Source: Epiperipatus broadwayi (Eukaryota > Animalia > Onychophora). Taken from it: 64,000 nucleotides of DNA. The DNA lies in the NCBI GenBank assembly GCA_028023455.1, contig JAQFVV010000010.1, positions 16,492,001 to 16,556,000 of the forward strand, given 5' to 3'. The notes below the pieces were generated by a model. The model searched no databases. It had not been told where the DNA came from and saw nothing but the letters and a program-made list of their open reading frames with translations. The translations under genes and the position numbers were made by a program. Below, piece after piece: positions 12,506 through 25,592 of the stretch. The first letter of the stretch is position 1. The number at the start of each line of letters is the position of its first letter.

Positions 12506-14026
12506 ATGAATCTCATTTCACTCACACAATCAGTATTTAATGTGCTTCGAAAATTTAAAGACAAAGGTATTACTAAATCTGAATATTATAAGATTTATCC
12601 TTCTTATACTAGACCTCCCCGAATGTTTGCCAATTCTAAATTACATAAGCCTGGTGAACCTTTAAGATTGATGATGGATTTTGGTGGAGTACATTATTTT
12701 GAAGCAGCAAAATTGGTAAATCAATTTCTTATAGAATATATTAATTTTGGCTTATATTCTATCAATTCTTCTTTCCAATTTATTTCTAAAATTAAAAACA
12801 TTCAACTTATGAATACATCCACTATGGCTACTATGGATGTGAAAGAATTATATAGATATATTAATAGAAAATTATCCATTCAAATAGTGCATGAAAAACT
12901 TTTGAGGACACATTGCCCTTCTGATAGAGTTAAATTTATTGTTGCTTTTCTTTCTTGGCTTGATTTGCACATTTTTACAATTTTTGAAAACAAGTGGTAT
13001 ACTATGAAAGATGAATGGCCAATGGGCTTACCTGTCAGTGGCATTTTATCTAATGTCTATTTAAATGAATTTGAGAGCTCTATAATACCGAAATATTACA
13101 ATTCCACTCTTGATTTTACATATATTCGGTATGTGGATGATATATTTATTATTTCCTCTATGGATAATATTTTCCATATACGAGAAGAACTTCAAAGTTT
13201 ATCTAATTTATCACTTAGCATTGTATATGAAAATAATAATAAAGAAATCAAATATCTTGACCTTTCATTATCAAGAAATAATAACTGTATAGATTACAAG
13301 ATGATTATTAAGCCTTTTGAAATTAGAAGCTGTATTCACCCTAAATCTAACTCACCTGCATCACATAAATTTTCTGGTTTAAATTTTTTCTTATTTAGAA
13401 ATTTGCATCTTTGTAAATATGAAGCAGACAGAAAAGAAAATCTGAATAATTTTATTAAAGATTTGATGAAAGCAGGTTTTAAACTTTGGTCTATTAAAAA
13501 TTATATTTCTAAATTCCATAATAAAATAAATAGTGTTGTACCATGTGTACAACTTCCTAGAATTACTATTTCTTACATTTCCAAAATATCTAACAAATTA
13601 ACTAAAGCATTATTCAATAAGTTTAAAATTGGATTTAGAACTCCTAATTCTAATAGATTGATCAACAACTCAAAAGATCATATTGATCGTTCATTCACCC
13701 CACATGTAGTTTATTCCATTTCATGTCCTCAAGAAAAATGTCTTGCTGTATAATATGGTGAAACTAAAGCTACTGTTAATACTAGGCTTGCTCAACACAT
13801 GTACACTTACAAGAGAGCTCAGAAGAACAACAATATATCTTCTGTATTTTTGGAGCATTCCATGAAATCTGGACACAATTTTATTCCTTCCAATCCTGTA
13901 ATTTTATGCACTGAATCAAATGATCATAAGAGGAAAATAAAAGAAGCATTCTATATTAATGGAAATATTAATGCTATAAATAGAAAAGACACTTGCTTTG
14001 ATATATCAAAGAAATGGTCCACGTAA
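12506..14026 (+). pseudogene. Penelope-like retrotransposon ORF (RT + GIY-YIG endonuclease), one in-frame stop, 5' truncated
   Basis: 415-aa ORF with RPPRMFANSKLHKPGEPLR, MDVKELY, PMGLPVSGILSNVYL and catalytic YVDD. After TAA 13751-13753 the same frame continues YGETK..RLAQH..EHSMKSGHNF..KRKIKEAFYI..INRKD to 14026, with VVYSISCPQEKC upstream (GIY-YIG and CCHH-type motifs). Confidence 0.92.
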
Positions 14027-14078
14027 TACGTGCTAATTTTATATATCTTTGTATATATTGTATTATGTATTTTTAAGA

Positions 14079-14121
14079 AAGCTATGATTATGAGGCATGG
14101 ATCCTCGAAAACGTTTAGCTT
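14079..14121 (+). ncRNA. Variant hammerhead ribozyme (A3-U8 core) in the PLE 3' region
   Basis: AAGCT ATGATTA T GAGG catggat CCTC GAAA ACGT T T AGCTT. Stems I and II are perfect; palindromic stem III AACGTT; core starts 58 nt after the ORF stop. Confidence 0.75.
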
Positions 14122-15479
14122 ATTTTTATTATATTTATTTATAATTTTTCTTTTTTAACTTCATTTTTAAGTTAATATTTTTTAATCAGTATTTAAGTTT
14201 TAATGGTAAAATAGATATCCCGTTTTTAAGACAATTGTTTTTTTATCTTTTCTTATAACTTTACAAAGACCAACAATGCTCCATGTTCTTCATGCAATCC
14301 TTTTATGCATCAAAACAATCTGGTAGCTAAGTAAATAATCATTATTAGAAGATAGCTTATGTTTCATAAACGAGCAATAACAATAAGTGTTATACAATGA
14401 AAATATTTTTTTAATTATGAGTTTAAGCAAAAATTTACAAAGTGATACTTCCTTTCTTAATAGCTTTTATCTCTAGTTATGCATTGATACATATTGTACA
14501 TTTCACTAATTAAAGATCCTTTTTATTTGTTGAAACTGTTATGAGCATTACAATTTTAAAATTGATTTTTTTTTTTTTTGTTAGTTAAAATATAATTCAA
14601 TTTTGTTGTATTTTCATTACTTCGGTGTCCATTTTCTCTTTGGAATTTTCTCCAAAAAAAATAATAATAATTATATTTAACAGAATTTTTTCCCCTCAAA
14701 AGTCTTTTATTTCTGTCACTCCAAATTTATACATAGAACTTTCATTTGTTATCCAATTCTAGCATTAAAGATAGCTTTTGGTCTGATCAAAAGTAATCTG
14801 CACATCTATGTAAAAATTTTCTATGTAGTTTTTTTTATCATAGTGAGAACTTATTGAAACATAAATCTAAATTATCTGTATTTTCTGTCTTCCATTATAT
14901 AGAATAACTAATCTTGCCATTAATTATATTTGATATATTATCAACCTTTACAATATTATTCTTCCATGTTTTATATATATATAACGAATTCTATTCTGTT
15001 CGTCTTTTCAGTATTTGTAGTACATGACAACTAATTTCACAACATCTGAAGTTCCATTTAACGTTAGCTAATTCTTTGGTCCAATTCATACAGTCTCACT
15101 TTGAATAGAAAGTGATCTGATCTTTAAATAAAAAATCATTGTTGAAAGGTAGTCTAGGTTTATAAAATAACATCAATAAGTACTATACAACAAAAATTAT
15201 TTTTTTTTAGTAATAAATGAAATCAAAAATAATTAATTTTTAATTTATCTAAGAATGGCATCACAAGCTTTCTCCTTTTCCCAACAGGTAATAAGAAAAA
15301 GAAAAAAGATTAAATATCTTAATTCATATAAAATAAACTTATAATAGAAATTTTAAAATAAAATTATTTGTATTTTTCCCCCAATTTTAATGTTACAAAT
15401 GTTTATTAATAATGTAATGTTATTAAATAATAATAATCTTTATAGGTGGGGTCATAAATAATAAGTGAAATCATTATTG

Positions 15480-15810
15480 GTTTTACCAAAAAATGATATC
15501 ACAAACTTTTCTCATGGACACTAATATTAAATTTATATTTTTGAAACGTGAAATGAAGTTTGGCCACAATTTAGATACTCTTTATATTAAAGGCGTTTGC
15601 ATTGAACACAATGATAGAAAAAGAAAATATAAAGAGACATGGTTTATTGCAAGTAATATCAACACAATAAACCCAAAAGACTCTTACATTGCATTATTAT
15701 GAAAATGGTATATATAAATTATTAACTTATAAATCCTATTTATATAAACTTATAGTAGTAGTTCTATGAATATGACTGACCTGGTCAAAAGCAATGCTTA
15801 GAAATAATAT
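15480..15810 (+). mobile_element. Penelope-like 3' fragment (GIY-YIG C-terminus plus decayed variant hammerhead)
   Basis: KFGHNL..EHNDRKRKYKETWFIASNINTINPKD is homologous to the 13799-14026 peptide. At 15762-15803: TTCT ATGAATA T GAC tgacctg GTC AAAA GCAATGC T T AGAA. Confidence 0.75.
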
Positions 15811-15851
15811 TTTATTAATTTTATAATCTTTCCAGAATAATGTATTTTTCC

Positions 15852-15953
15852 TTTTTTTTTCTCATGTGTCATAGCATCAGCTGGGAAGCGAACCCGCTAA
15901 CCCGGGACAACTGCTTGTAAAGCAGCTATCGCTGACCTCTCGACCACAAATGC
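15852..15953 (-). mobile_element. tRNA-Gly-derived SINE with A tail
   Basis: Minus strand GCATTTGTGGTCGAGAGG...GGGTTCGCTTCCCAGCTGATGC followed by an A9 tail; same family as 56597-56700. Confidence 0.8.
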
Positions 15954-17795
15954 TTGACTACTACTATTTTTTATATATTCAAATTAAGGAAAGAAGTATT
16001 TTATTGAATTATGTTTTCTCAATCTTAAAAAAAGAAACGTCTTTAGTTAACCAACTGCTTACCATTGTAAATGAAATTTTAATCTTTATCTTTTAAAAAA
16101 AAAACTTATTTTCTCTAACAAAATATAACCTGTAAGTAAACTTTTCTATCAGTATAAACACAAAAAATATTTAATTAAAATACAGATGTATAATGTATAT
16201 ACACATGCATTAAACTTTCATTTTTCAAGGGCCTGAGGGAAAATAAACAATAGATACAGTAAAATGATAAAACAGTTTAATGATAATCCCCTGAAATACT
16301 ATGCATGTAACTGTTAACTTTAACTATAATTCAGATATCATAATTCAAAACATTCTACACCTACTATTTTTAAATATATGTATTTATTTAATACAATATA
16401 TATAATTTTAACACATTATAGGAATTAATTTTAATGATTAGATAAGATTTAATATTTTAAAAAATAGAGAAGATGAGGGGGGGTCTTTAAAACTGTGAAT
16501 GCCCCCCCCCCCCAATATAACAATAATACTGTTGTCTATATACTTTTAAATATTGCTTTGTGATAATGAATTGACAGTGATAGATATGAAGAAAGACAAT
16601 TTGAGAAACAATGAATTGTGAAAAATAATAATGTATTTCTATATCACTGATTATAGGACCAAAGAAAATAGTTGTATACATAAACGGAAAAATGTTATAT
16701 GCATAAAAGATGGAGTGAGAATTAAGTGTATGTAAATAAATAGATGCTGTGTGCAGTATCCATTAAAATTAGCAATATTTAACTGATATTTAGAGAAAAT
16801 AGAATTGCACTGTATAATTGATGATTTAAAATTTAATTAACTTTAATAAAATATTTGAATGTTCTGCATTGATATTCTCTTAAAAAAACTCTATGTGATT
16901 GAAGATAAGTTTTTGCTTGATTATTTTAAACTCGGTAATTTTAATTAAAATTTGATTAAACCAAGACTTCTTGAAAAAGCACATCCAAACTTTTTGTGAC
17001 CTAAAACCAGTATTGTTTAGTGCAGTTGTAGAGTACTTCATAGTTCACACCTCCAACTCTTATTTCAAATTTGACTTCTTATGAATGAATTCATTTATTA
17101 AAGCAGTAAATATGAAGAGTATGAATAATTAGTTTTAATTTGCCTATAGTAAATAAAATAACTAAGGTCAAGCAAAATTTTTTTAAAAATGAAGAAAGAA
17201 GGATACCTTTACTGAGATGGGTTTTGATATAATTAATCATATCTTGATTTAATATTTGTTAATGCTAGTCTTAAAATAATTCCAATGCTCTTAAAACGTG
17301 AATAATATTTTAAGTATGGTCAGTAATGAAAATGCCAATATGCACAAATAGGTTATAACAAACAGTTGAAAAGCAGTCATAGGAAATTGATCTATAATAC
17401 CAAAAAAAAAAAAATTTTTTTTTTTTTATGAATAATCAAGTTTGCAATTTGAATCATAAAAGCTGACTCTAACTTGAGTTTTCAAAGAGAGATATTTTAT
17501 ATGCTTTGTAGAACTTTAATTGAAAATATTCAAGGAAATGGATCAATAATATTATCTTTATATGAAATCATTTCAAATGGCCATTTTTATTTTATCTTTC
17601 CATATTTTCATTTTTTTCATAAATGCTTAAATTTAAGATTTCACTGTAAAAACATATATCTTCTCCCCTTGCTAAAACATATTAAGTTAATTGAATTTCT
17701 CAAATAGCTTAATTTGGGCAGGTAATTTTCATCTGAAAAAAAAACTAGTCATTTTGAAACAGAAATTTTTTTTTTTTTTAACTGATAGCTATTAA

Positions 17796-18105
17796 TAGCC
17801 ACCTTACTTTTGTATGCAGTAAATGTTTGCTGAAATTTAATACCATTTTATTACATAAATTTTCAAAGGTGATTATTAATAAAATTAATAATTTTTAACT
17901 GCATCTTATATACATATTGAGATGTTCAGAAATGTTGGCAACCGCCATACTTTTGTATGCAGTAAATGTTTGCTGAAATTGGATACCATTGTGCTGCATA
18001 AATTTGCAGTGATAACTATTAATAAAATACATGGCTTTTAATAAAATCATATAATTTGTAATTGCATCTTGTATATATTCAGATCTTCAGAAATTTTTTG
18101 GCCAC
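17796..18105. repeat. Diverged tandem duplication, about 145-165 bp unit, 2 copies
   Basis: TACTTTTGTATGCAGTAAATGTTTGCTGAAATT occurs at about 17805 and 17948 with continuing similarity. Confidence 0.75.
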
Positions 18106-18482
18106 TATTGTTTTTTGACGAAGTGTTGTTATAAAAATCAGAATAGTTCTAAAAAAATTGGATTATTTCAAAAAATATAATTTTATAATGATTACCTTAA
18201 TATTGGTTATTCTGATAAATTTTGCTTAATAAAAATTATAATATTGACAGTAAAAAATAATAAAATATTAAGATAAAAAATATGATTTTCTTTGCCTTTT
18301 AAATTGTCTTCTTAACAGGGTTTTTGAGAAGAATTACAATATGTTTGGGAATAAGAAAATAGCATTGGAGTAAGGATGTTACTTTGGTACTTTAACCTGA
18401 CGTGCTATGTCACCACCAGGTGATGCTGTGTCACCATCAACAACCGGTCAGAAACCTGCAAGTGATAAATTTTTTTTGCAAA

Positions 18483-19548
18483 GTGTCTGAAAATCATCAA
18501 CTAAAAAAGCCTGAGGCTAGACATATAAAAACGCTGAAAATTGGCAAGTAAAAAATAAATTTATATCAAAAAGTGCATGAAAATAGACAACTAAAAAGCC
18601 TGAGGCTAGACATATAAAAACGCTGAAAATTGGCAAGTAAAAAATAAATTTATATCAAAAAGTGCATGAAAATAGACAACTAAAAAAGCCCGAGGCTAGA
18701 CATATCAAAATGCTAAAAATCAGCAAGTAAAAAATAAATTTATATCAAAAAGTGCATGAAAATAGACAACTAAAAAAGCCTGAGGCTAGACATATAAAAA
18801 CACTGAAAATTGGCAAGTAAAAAATAAATTTATATCAAAAAGTGCATGAAAATAGACAACTAAAAAGCCCGAGGCTAGACATATCAAAATGCTAAAAATC
18901 GGCAAGTAAAAACTAAATTTATATCAAAAAGTGCATGAAAATAGACAACTAAAAAAGCCCGAGGCTAGACATATCAAAATGCTAAAAATCAGCAAGTAAA
19001 AAATAAATTTATGTCAAAAAGTACATGAAAATAGATAACTAAAAAAGCCTGAGGCTAGACATATAAAAACACTGAAAATTGGCAAGTAAAAAATAAATTT
19101 ATATCAAAAAGTACATGAAAATAGACAACTAAAAAAGCCCGAGGCTAGACATATAAAAACACTGAAAATCGGCAAGTAAAAAATAAATTTATATCAAAAA
19201 GTGCATGAAAATAGACAACTAAAAAAGCCCGAGGCTGGACATATAAAAACGCTGAAAATTGGCAAGTAAAAAATAAATTTATATCAAAAAGTGCCTGAAA
19301 ATAGACAACTAAAAAAGCCCGAGGCTAGACATATAAAAACGCTGAAAATCAGCAAGTAAAAAATAAATTTACATCAAAAAGTGCATGAAAATAGACAACT
19401 AAAAAGCCTGAGGCTAGACATATAAAAACGCTGAAAATTGGCAAGTAAAAAATAAATTTATATCAAAAAGTACATGAAAATCGTCAACTAAAAAAGCCCG
19501 AGGCTAGACATATCAAAATGCTGAAAATTTACAAGTAAAAAATAAATG
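18483..19548 (+). repeat. 90-bp tandem array, 12 copies, in the left arm
   Basis: GAGGCT(A/G)GAC recurs at 18513, 18602, 18692, 18782, 18871, 18961, 19051, 19141, 19231, 19321, 19410, 19500. Confidence 0.95.
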
Positions 19549-20659
19549 TCTGACGCTGTATATATTTAAGAAATATTGCAAAAGTCCAAATTTAAAAAAA
19601 AAAAACAATCGTAATGCTATAAAATTTAAAATTAAAAAAAATATATATATAGCTGAAAAATTCAAAAAAAAAAAATAGCTGAAAATACGTTAAATACCCC
19701 CACCCCTCCCACAAGCAATAATTATCCACTTAAATTGACAAGTAAAAATGTCTAACGCTGTATATATTCAAGAAATATTGCGAAAGTCCAAATTTTTTAA
19801 AAAAAAAAAAACAATCGTAATGCTATAAAATTTAAAATTAAAAAATATATATAGAGCTGAAAATGAAAAGCAATATACAAGAAACCATTAACAATGGTGG
19901 AACGGGAAATGCAAAAACAGAATTTCATCAAATTATTTATTAAGCTTCCAATTTGCATTTATCTGCAATGCATTCAAAAGCAATTATTTGGTCTCTGCTT
20001 TAAAATTATGTCATTATCATTTAAATTCGTCAAGCAATACATAAAAAATAATTATCAACGTAAAATATACCCCTACCACACAAAATAACTGAATTTCACA
20101 ATTTACGTCTTAGGTGTTAATACTTAAAAAAATAAACGATTATAAACATTATCAAAATCATTTAAATTCATCAATATTTAAAAAAAAAAAAGCAATATAA
20201 AAAAAATAATTACCAATGTCTTTCCAGAAATTTCAATGATTGCACTGTTTTCGTTTCAAGAAATTATTTTTCAAGCTGGTCCAGAAAAGCTATGACTTCA
20301 CATTTTTGAAGATACAAAGATGACGTGTAATAGAAAAAATATTTGCAGCATAACATTTTGAAGATACAAAGCTTTCGTGAAATAGAAAAATTATTTGCAG
20401 CATAAAAATCCATTAGCTATCAAATAATAAAATGAATTAAATATCCATTATCTTTTACAACTTTTTTTTTTAAATTCTGCTTTCTAAGGTTAAACTTATT
20501 AACATTCCCAAATGAATGAAAAATGTCGGTGTTCACTGTAAATCAAATCTATTTTTAAAATTACCATTTAACATAATTGTAAAACTTAGAAACTGATAAA
20601 TAGCAATAGACAAAAAATAATTACCAATGTCTTTCCAGAAATTTCAATGATTGCACTGT

Positions 20660-20935
20660 TTTAGGAAGATCCCAAATTTTGATCATTTTGAATATTAAAT
20701 ACCGTAAAAAATTATGAAAAAGATGCTACTTCAATTTCAGAAAAGCTATGATTCTGTTTTAGGAAGATCCCAAATTTTGATCATTTCGAATAGTAAATAC
20801 CGTAAAAAATTATGAAAAAGATGCTACTTCAATTTCAGAAAAGCTATGATTCTGTTTTAGGAAGATCCCAAATTTTGATCATTTTGAATAGTAAATACCG
20901 TAAAAAAATTATGAAAAAGATGCTACTTCAATTTC
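20660..20935 (+). repeat. 98-bp tandem repeat, about 2.8 copies, in the fold-back spacer
   Basis: TTAGGAAGATCCCAAATTTTGATC at 20661, 20759, 20857. Confidence 0.9.
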
Positions 20936-22409
20936 AGCGGCTAATATTTCAGCGCAAGGTTTTTGAAGTGTTTCCCAAAAGTTTGTGCATGTTTACCGTT
21001 GTATTCATCTGCGTAAGAAAATAATCCACATTAACTCAGTCAAAAAATAGAAATAATCCCAACAACTTGTATTTCTAGCAGCACGAAAAAATTAACACGT
21101 AATAAAACTTAGCAGGTATTTCAAAAGACTAATTCACTTACATTTTGGATTAAATTTGTCAGCTTTGGAAATTATATTTTTCTGTACAATGTCTATTACG
21201 TCATATTTCATTAATGAGTAGAAACTGTGATCCAATATATTACGGTGCCATTATATTTCTTTTTTTAAATTTGTAATTGCCATATGTGTATAGATTTCAT
21301 TCAGTATTTTCCTAAGAATCTCATATAACATGTGTATATGATGAAATGTTTAGGCAACTATTTATCAGTTTCTAACTGTTATGAGTACGTTAAATGGTAA
21401 TTTTAAAAATAGATTTGATTTATAGTGAGCACCACCATTTTTCATTCATTTGGGAATGTTAATAAGTTTAACCTTAGAAAGCAAAATTTAAAAAAAAAGT
21501 TGTAAAAGATAATGGATGTTTAATTCATTTTATTATTTGATAGCTAATGGATTTTTACGCTGCAAATAATTTTTCTATTTCACGAAAGCTTTGTATCTTC
21601 AAAATGTTATGCTGCAAATATTTTTTCTATTACACGTCATCTTTGTATCTTCAAAAATGTGAAGTCATAGCTTTTCTGGACCAGCTTGAAAAATAATTTC
21701 TTGAAATGAAAACAGTGCAATCATTGAAATTTCTGGAAAGACATTGGTAATTATTTTTTTTATATTGCTTTTTTTTTTTTAAATATTGATGAATTTAAAT
21801 GATTTTGATAATGTTTATAATCGTTTATTTTTTTAAGTATTAACACCTAAGACGTAAATTGTGAAATTCAGTTATTTTGTGTGATAGAGGTATATTTTAT
21901 GTTGATAATTATTTTTAATGTAGTGCTTGACGAATTTAAATGATAATGCCATAATTTTAAAGCAGAGACCAAATAATTGCTTTTGAATGCATTGCAGATA
22001 AATGCAAATTGAAAGCTTAATAAATAATTTGATGAAATTCCGTTTTTGCATTTCCCACCTTCCACCATTGTTAATGGTTTCTTGTATATTGCTTTTCATT
22101 TTCAGCTATATATTTTTTTTTTAATTTTAAATTTTATAGCATTATGATTGTTTTTTTTTTTTAAATTTGGACTTTCGCAATATTTCTTGAATATATATAG
22201 CGTCAGGCATTTTTACTTGTCAATTTAAGTGGATAATTATTGCTTGTGGGAGGGGTGGGGGTATTTAACGTATTTTCAGCTTTTTTTTTTTTTTTTAATT
22301 TTTCAACTATATATATTTTTTTTAATCTTAAATTTTATAGCATTATGATTGTTTGTTTTTTTTAATGTGGACTTTCGCAATATTTCTTGAATATATACAG
22401 CGTCAGGCA

Positions 22410-23050
22410 TTTATTTTTTACTTGTCAATTTTCAGCATTTTGATATGTCTAGCCTCGGGCTTTTTTAGTTGACGATTTTCATGCACTTTTTGATATAAAT
22501 TTATTTTTTACTTGCCAATTTTTAGCGTTTTTATATGTCTAGCCTCAGGCTTTTTTAGTTGTCTATTTTCATGCACTTTTTGATATGTCTAGCCTCGGGC
22601 TTTTTTAGTTGTCTATTTTCATGTACTTTTTGATATAAATTTATTTTTTACTTGCCAATTTTTAGCATTTTGATATGTCTAGCCTTGGACTTTTTTAGTT
22701 GTCTATTTTCATGCACTTTTTGATATAAATTTATTTTTTACTATATGTCTAGCCTCGGGCTTTTTAATTGTCTATTTTTATGCACTTTTTGATATAAATT
22801 TATTTTTTACTTGCCAATTTTTAGCATTTTGATATGTCTAGCCTCAGGCTTTTTAGTTGTCTATTTTCATGCACTTTTTGATATAAATTTATTTTTTACT
22901 TGCCAATTTTCAGGATTTTTATATGTCTAGCCTCAGGCTTTTTAGTTGTCTATTTTCATGCACTTTTTGATATAAATTTATTTTTTACTTGCCAATTTTC
23001 AGCATTTTTATATGTCTAGCCTCGGACTTTTTTAGTTGACGATTTTCAGA
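22410..23050 (-). repeat. Inverted copy of the 90-bp array, about 7 copies including partial units
   Basis: CTAGCCT occurs 8 times between about 22449 and 23016, with two shortened units. Confidence 0.92.
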
Positions 23051-25592
23051 CACTTTTTGAAAAAAAAAATTATCACTTACAGGTTTCTAACCAGTTGTTG
23101 ATGGTGGCGTAGCGTCACCTGGTGGTGACATAGCACGTCGGGTTAAAGTACCGTTACGTTAAATGACAATTGATAAGAATAACTTACTTGGAGTAGTTTA
23201 AATATTAGTCTTTGTAAGAAATTGTATATGGATCAAAGTAATATGAACTTAAATGAAAGAATAAATGTTTTTAAAAGAGTAAAAAATAAATATCTTAGCT
23301 TGGCATTATATTTCCATGAAACAAATACAGATAATAAGATTATGTTTGAGCAAGCTAAGATTGTGGGATTTTTTTTTAAATAATAAGATAAAGAGAAGAA
23401 TTAAATTTCTATTACTGAAAATTTATACTGAAGCTATTAATTTATTTAACAGTTCTTTTGATATTAAAGATAATTGGAATGTAACTGAGAATTAGAGAAA
23501 AATTATTTAGTATATATTTGTGCTGTGTTCCTTTGCACTTGAAAATCTATTTTAGCAATGGAACCAATTGCTTGTGAAATTTTAGTTTTTAAATTTTGGT
23601 TAGTTGTTTAATTCTGAACTTGATAAAATTTGTTAATTTTTATTGGTTAGTTTGGCTTTTAATTATGTAAATATACAAATATTAATTTATTTATTTTTTG
23701 TTATTGTTGTTAAAAATGTAAATATTTTGTGCTTGAGATATTTATAAATAGTGATGGATTAGATAAAATTATTGTATGTTTACAAACTAGGTAATTGTAA
23801 AAATTGTTTGTTATACCCAAAGAAGATAGCTAGTCAATCAAAACCATCTATTTTCAATAAAAGCATTATGAAAAACGTGTGAAGTGTGTGTTTTTTTGTA
23901 AAGATAAATTAATTAAAGAAATTCTAATTTTTTAGTCCATAGTCTGTTGATATTGTAAAATATCTTAAGCAAATGTATAATATGATCTTTGTTAATTTAT
24001 CTAATTTAATGTTTGATTTCATCAATAATTTCATTACTTGTAGAATGAAGAATGATACAAAAGTATTGTAGTAAGTTTTATTTATTTTTGAAAGAATGTG
24101 TATTGTATTATCCTTTCAAATGGAAAAAGGAAATAAAGTTACTTAGTCTTTAACTAATTTTACTGTCTATTCAAAAGAATGGTAGGAGACATTCTTTCAT
24201 TTATTAACAGACAAGTTTTTTCCTTTAAAAAATAAATATTTAAATAAAACTAAATATGTGGAAAACCTGTGTGTGTATGTTAAAAATGAATATCATATAG
24301 TAATACCCATGAATTTTGGTATCATGTCCAAACTTTGGAACCATATGTCAAGAATACAGGAGGACTGCTACAATTTAAAAAAATTTTTTAAATAAATAGT
24401 GATGAATGGAAATTGCTTTTAAAGAGCCATTGTTGAGCAATGATTTCTTCAATCCCTCGAAGAGAAACAATGAAAGATAAGAGTTTACCAAGGTTTTCCA
24501 TTTTTGTTTTATCTTCTAGTTAAGAATAACTGAATATATATTTACCGATCTAGATTGGGTGTCTAACTTTTTAAATATTTAATAAAAATGAATTTTAATA
24601 CATGAGCTTACCTTTTTGCAGTCATTTGCATTCAGTAATTGAGATGAACTTATGAAAGTTTTAGCATTCAATTTTTCTCTTAGCCTGAATATTCAGTTTT
24701 TGTTAATCTTTTGTAGAGCAGATCTGCAGCTTCAAAAAAATCTTTTAGCAAAGAACATTATAGTGGACCATTTTTGTTCTACAATGAAAACGGTTGTAAT
24801 TTCTTTAAAAAAAAAAAATAATTTAAATAAATATTGTATGAGAATTTAAGATTCTTTAATAGTTTAGTTATGTGCAAAATTTATATATTGCAAATTTTAT
24901 AAACATTGCATTTCTAGAGCATAAAAGCTCAATTGAAATAAACACAATATTGCTTAACAAGTCATAGAAGCCTATATTACTGTAGATAAAAATAAAATAT
25001 ATATGTAATGTAACACAGTCCTACATTTAATCTGCAGTTGACAGCAGTTTGCAATTTATATATTTTTTATTCCAGATTAGTTTTTGGCTGGTGACATTCT
25101 GTACTTATTCCCATCTAATATCCACTTTTTACTTCTATTATACTCTTGAGTTAATAGCTTGAAATTTTCAACATTTTAAAATGTTTAATCCAAGAGCATC
25201 TATTGTAGAGATTTATTAGATTGTTACTAAGTCATTAATGGTATAAATTAAAGCACCTTTGACTTTTTGGGGGTGAAAAAAATGTTGGCATATACCAAAA
25301 GCAACAACATGATTTCTTTTAACTTACATGCACTTCGTATTTGACGGCATCAGTCATTGTTTTAAATACTTTTTATTTTTAAAGTAGTTTAATATGGTTT
25401 GCACTATTTAAAAAACTATAAATATGTTACACCAAATTAAATTAGTTAATATAGTTACAGTTATTACACTTTAACAGGCATCACTAATAGTCAATATTAA
25501 TAGTCTAGAAGATAATTATTTATACCAGTATGATTAGTTAGTTAACTATATAGATCTAAAGGAACAAAAATTATAAAAAACTGGACAACTTG

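Larger units (their letters stand above)
11150..15200 (-). mobile_element. Degenerate RTE-clade LINE interrupted by the Penelope-like element
   Basis: Minus-strand RT remnants at about 11550-12000 (EEVRHAIKSM, LAKIYTKCLK, KNHRP, QFR..GRFT, AFVNYEK) and APE remnants at about 14700-15100 (FNARIG, KFGV). Many stops and frameshifts. Confidence 0.65.
18378..23160. mobile_element. Non-autonomous fold-back DNA transposon, 8-bp TSD, GGTACTT termini (Merlin-like)
   Basis: Termini GGTACTTTAACC at 18386 and GGTTAAAGTACC ending 23152. TSD GTTAC(T/G)TT at 18378-85 / 23153-60 (7/8). Arms about 18386-20603 and 21358-23152 are inverted copies. No transposase ORF. Confidence 0.8.

Noticed and set aside
18483-19548. 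Regular array as a CRISPR
   Set aside because: Whole 90-bp units repeat with no unique spacers; eukaryotic context; no cas genes.
19894-22099. ORFs 19894-20088 (+), 21868-22068 and 21872-22099 (-), and 20812-21024
   Set aside because: Mirror images or repeat translations from the fold-back arms and spacer; no domain motifs.
18392-23146. piggyBac reading (TTAA + CCC...GGG + TTAA) of the large fold-back
   Set aside because: Symmetry continues 6 bp beyond TTAA (GGTACT/AGTACC), an 8-bp TSD lies outside, and a second element shares the GGTACTT terminus with a perfect 8-bp TSD.
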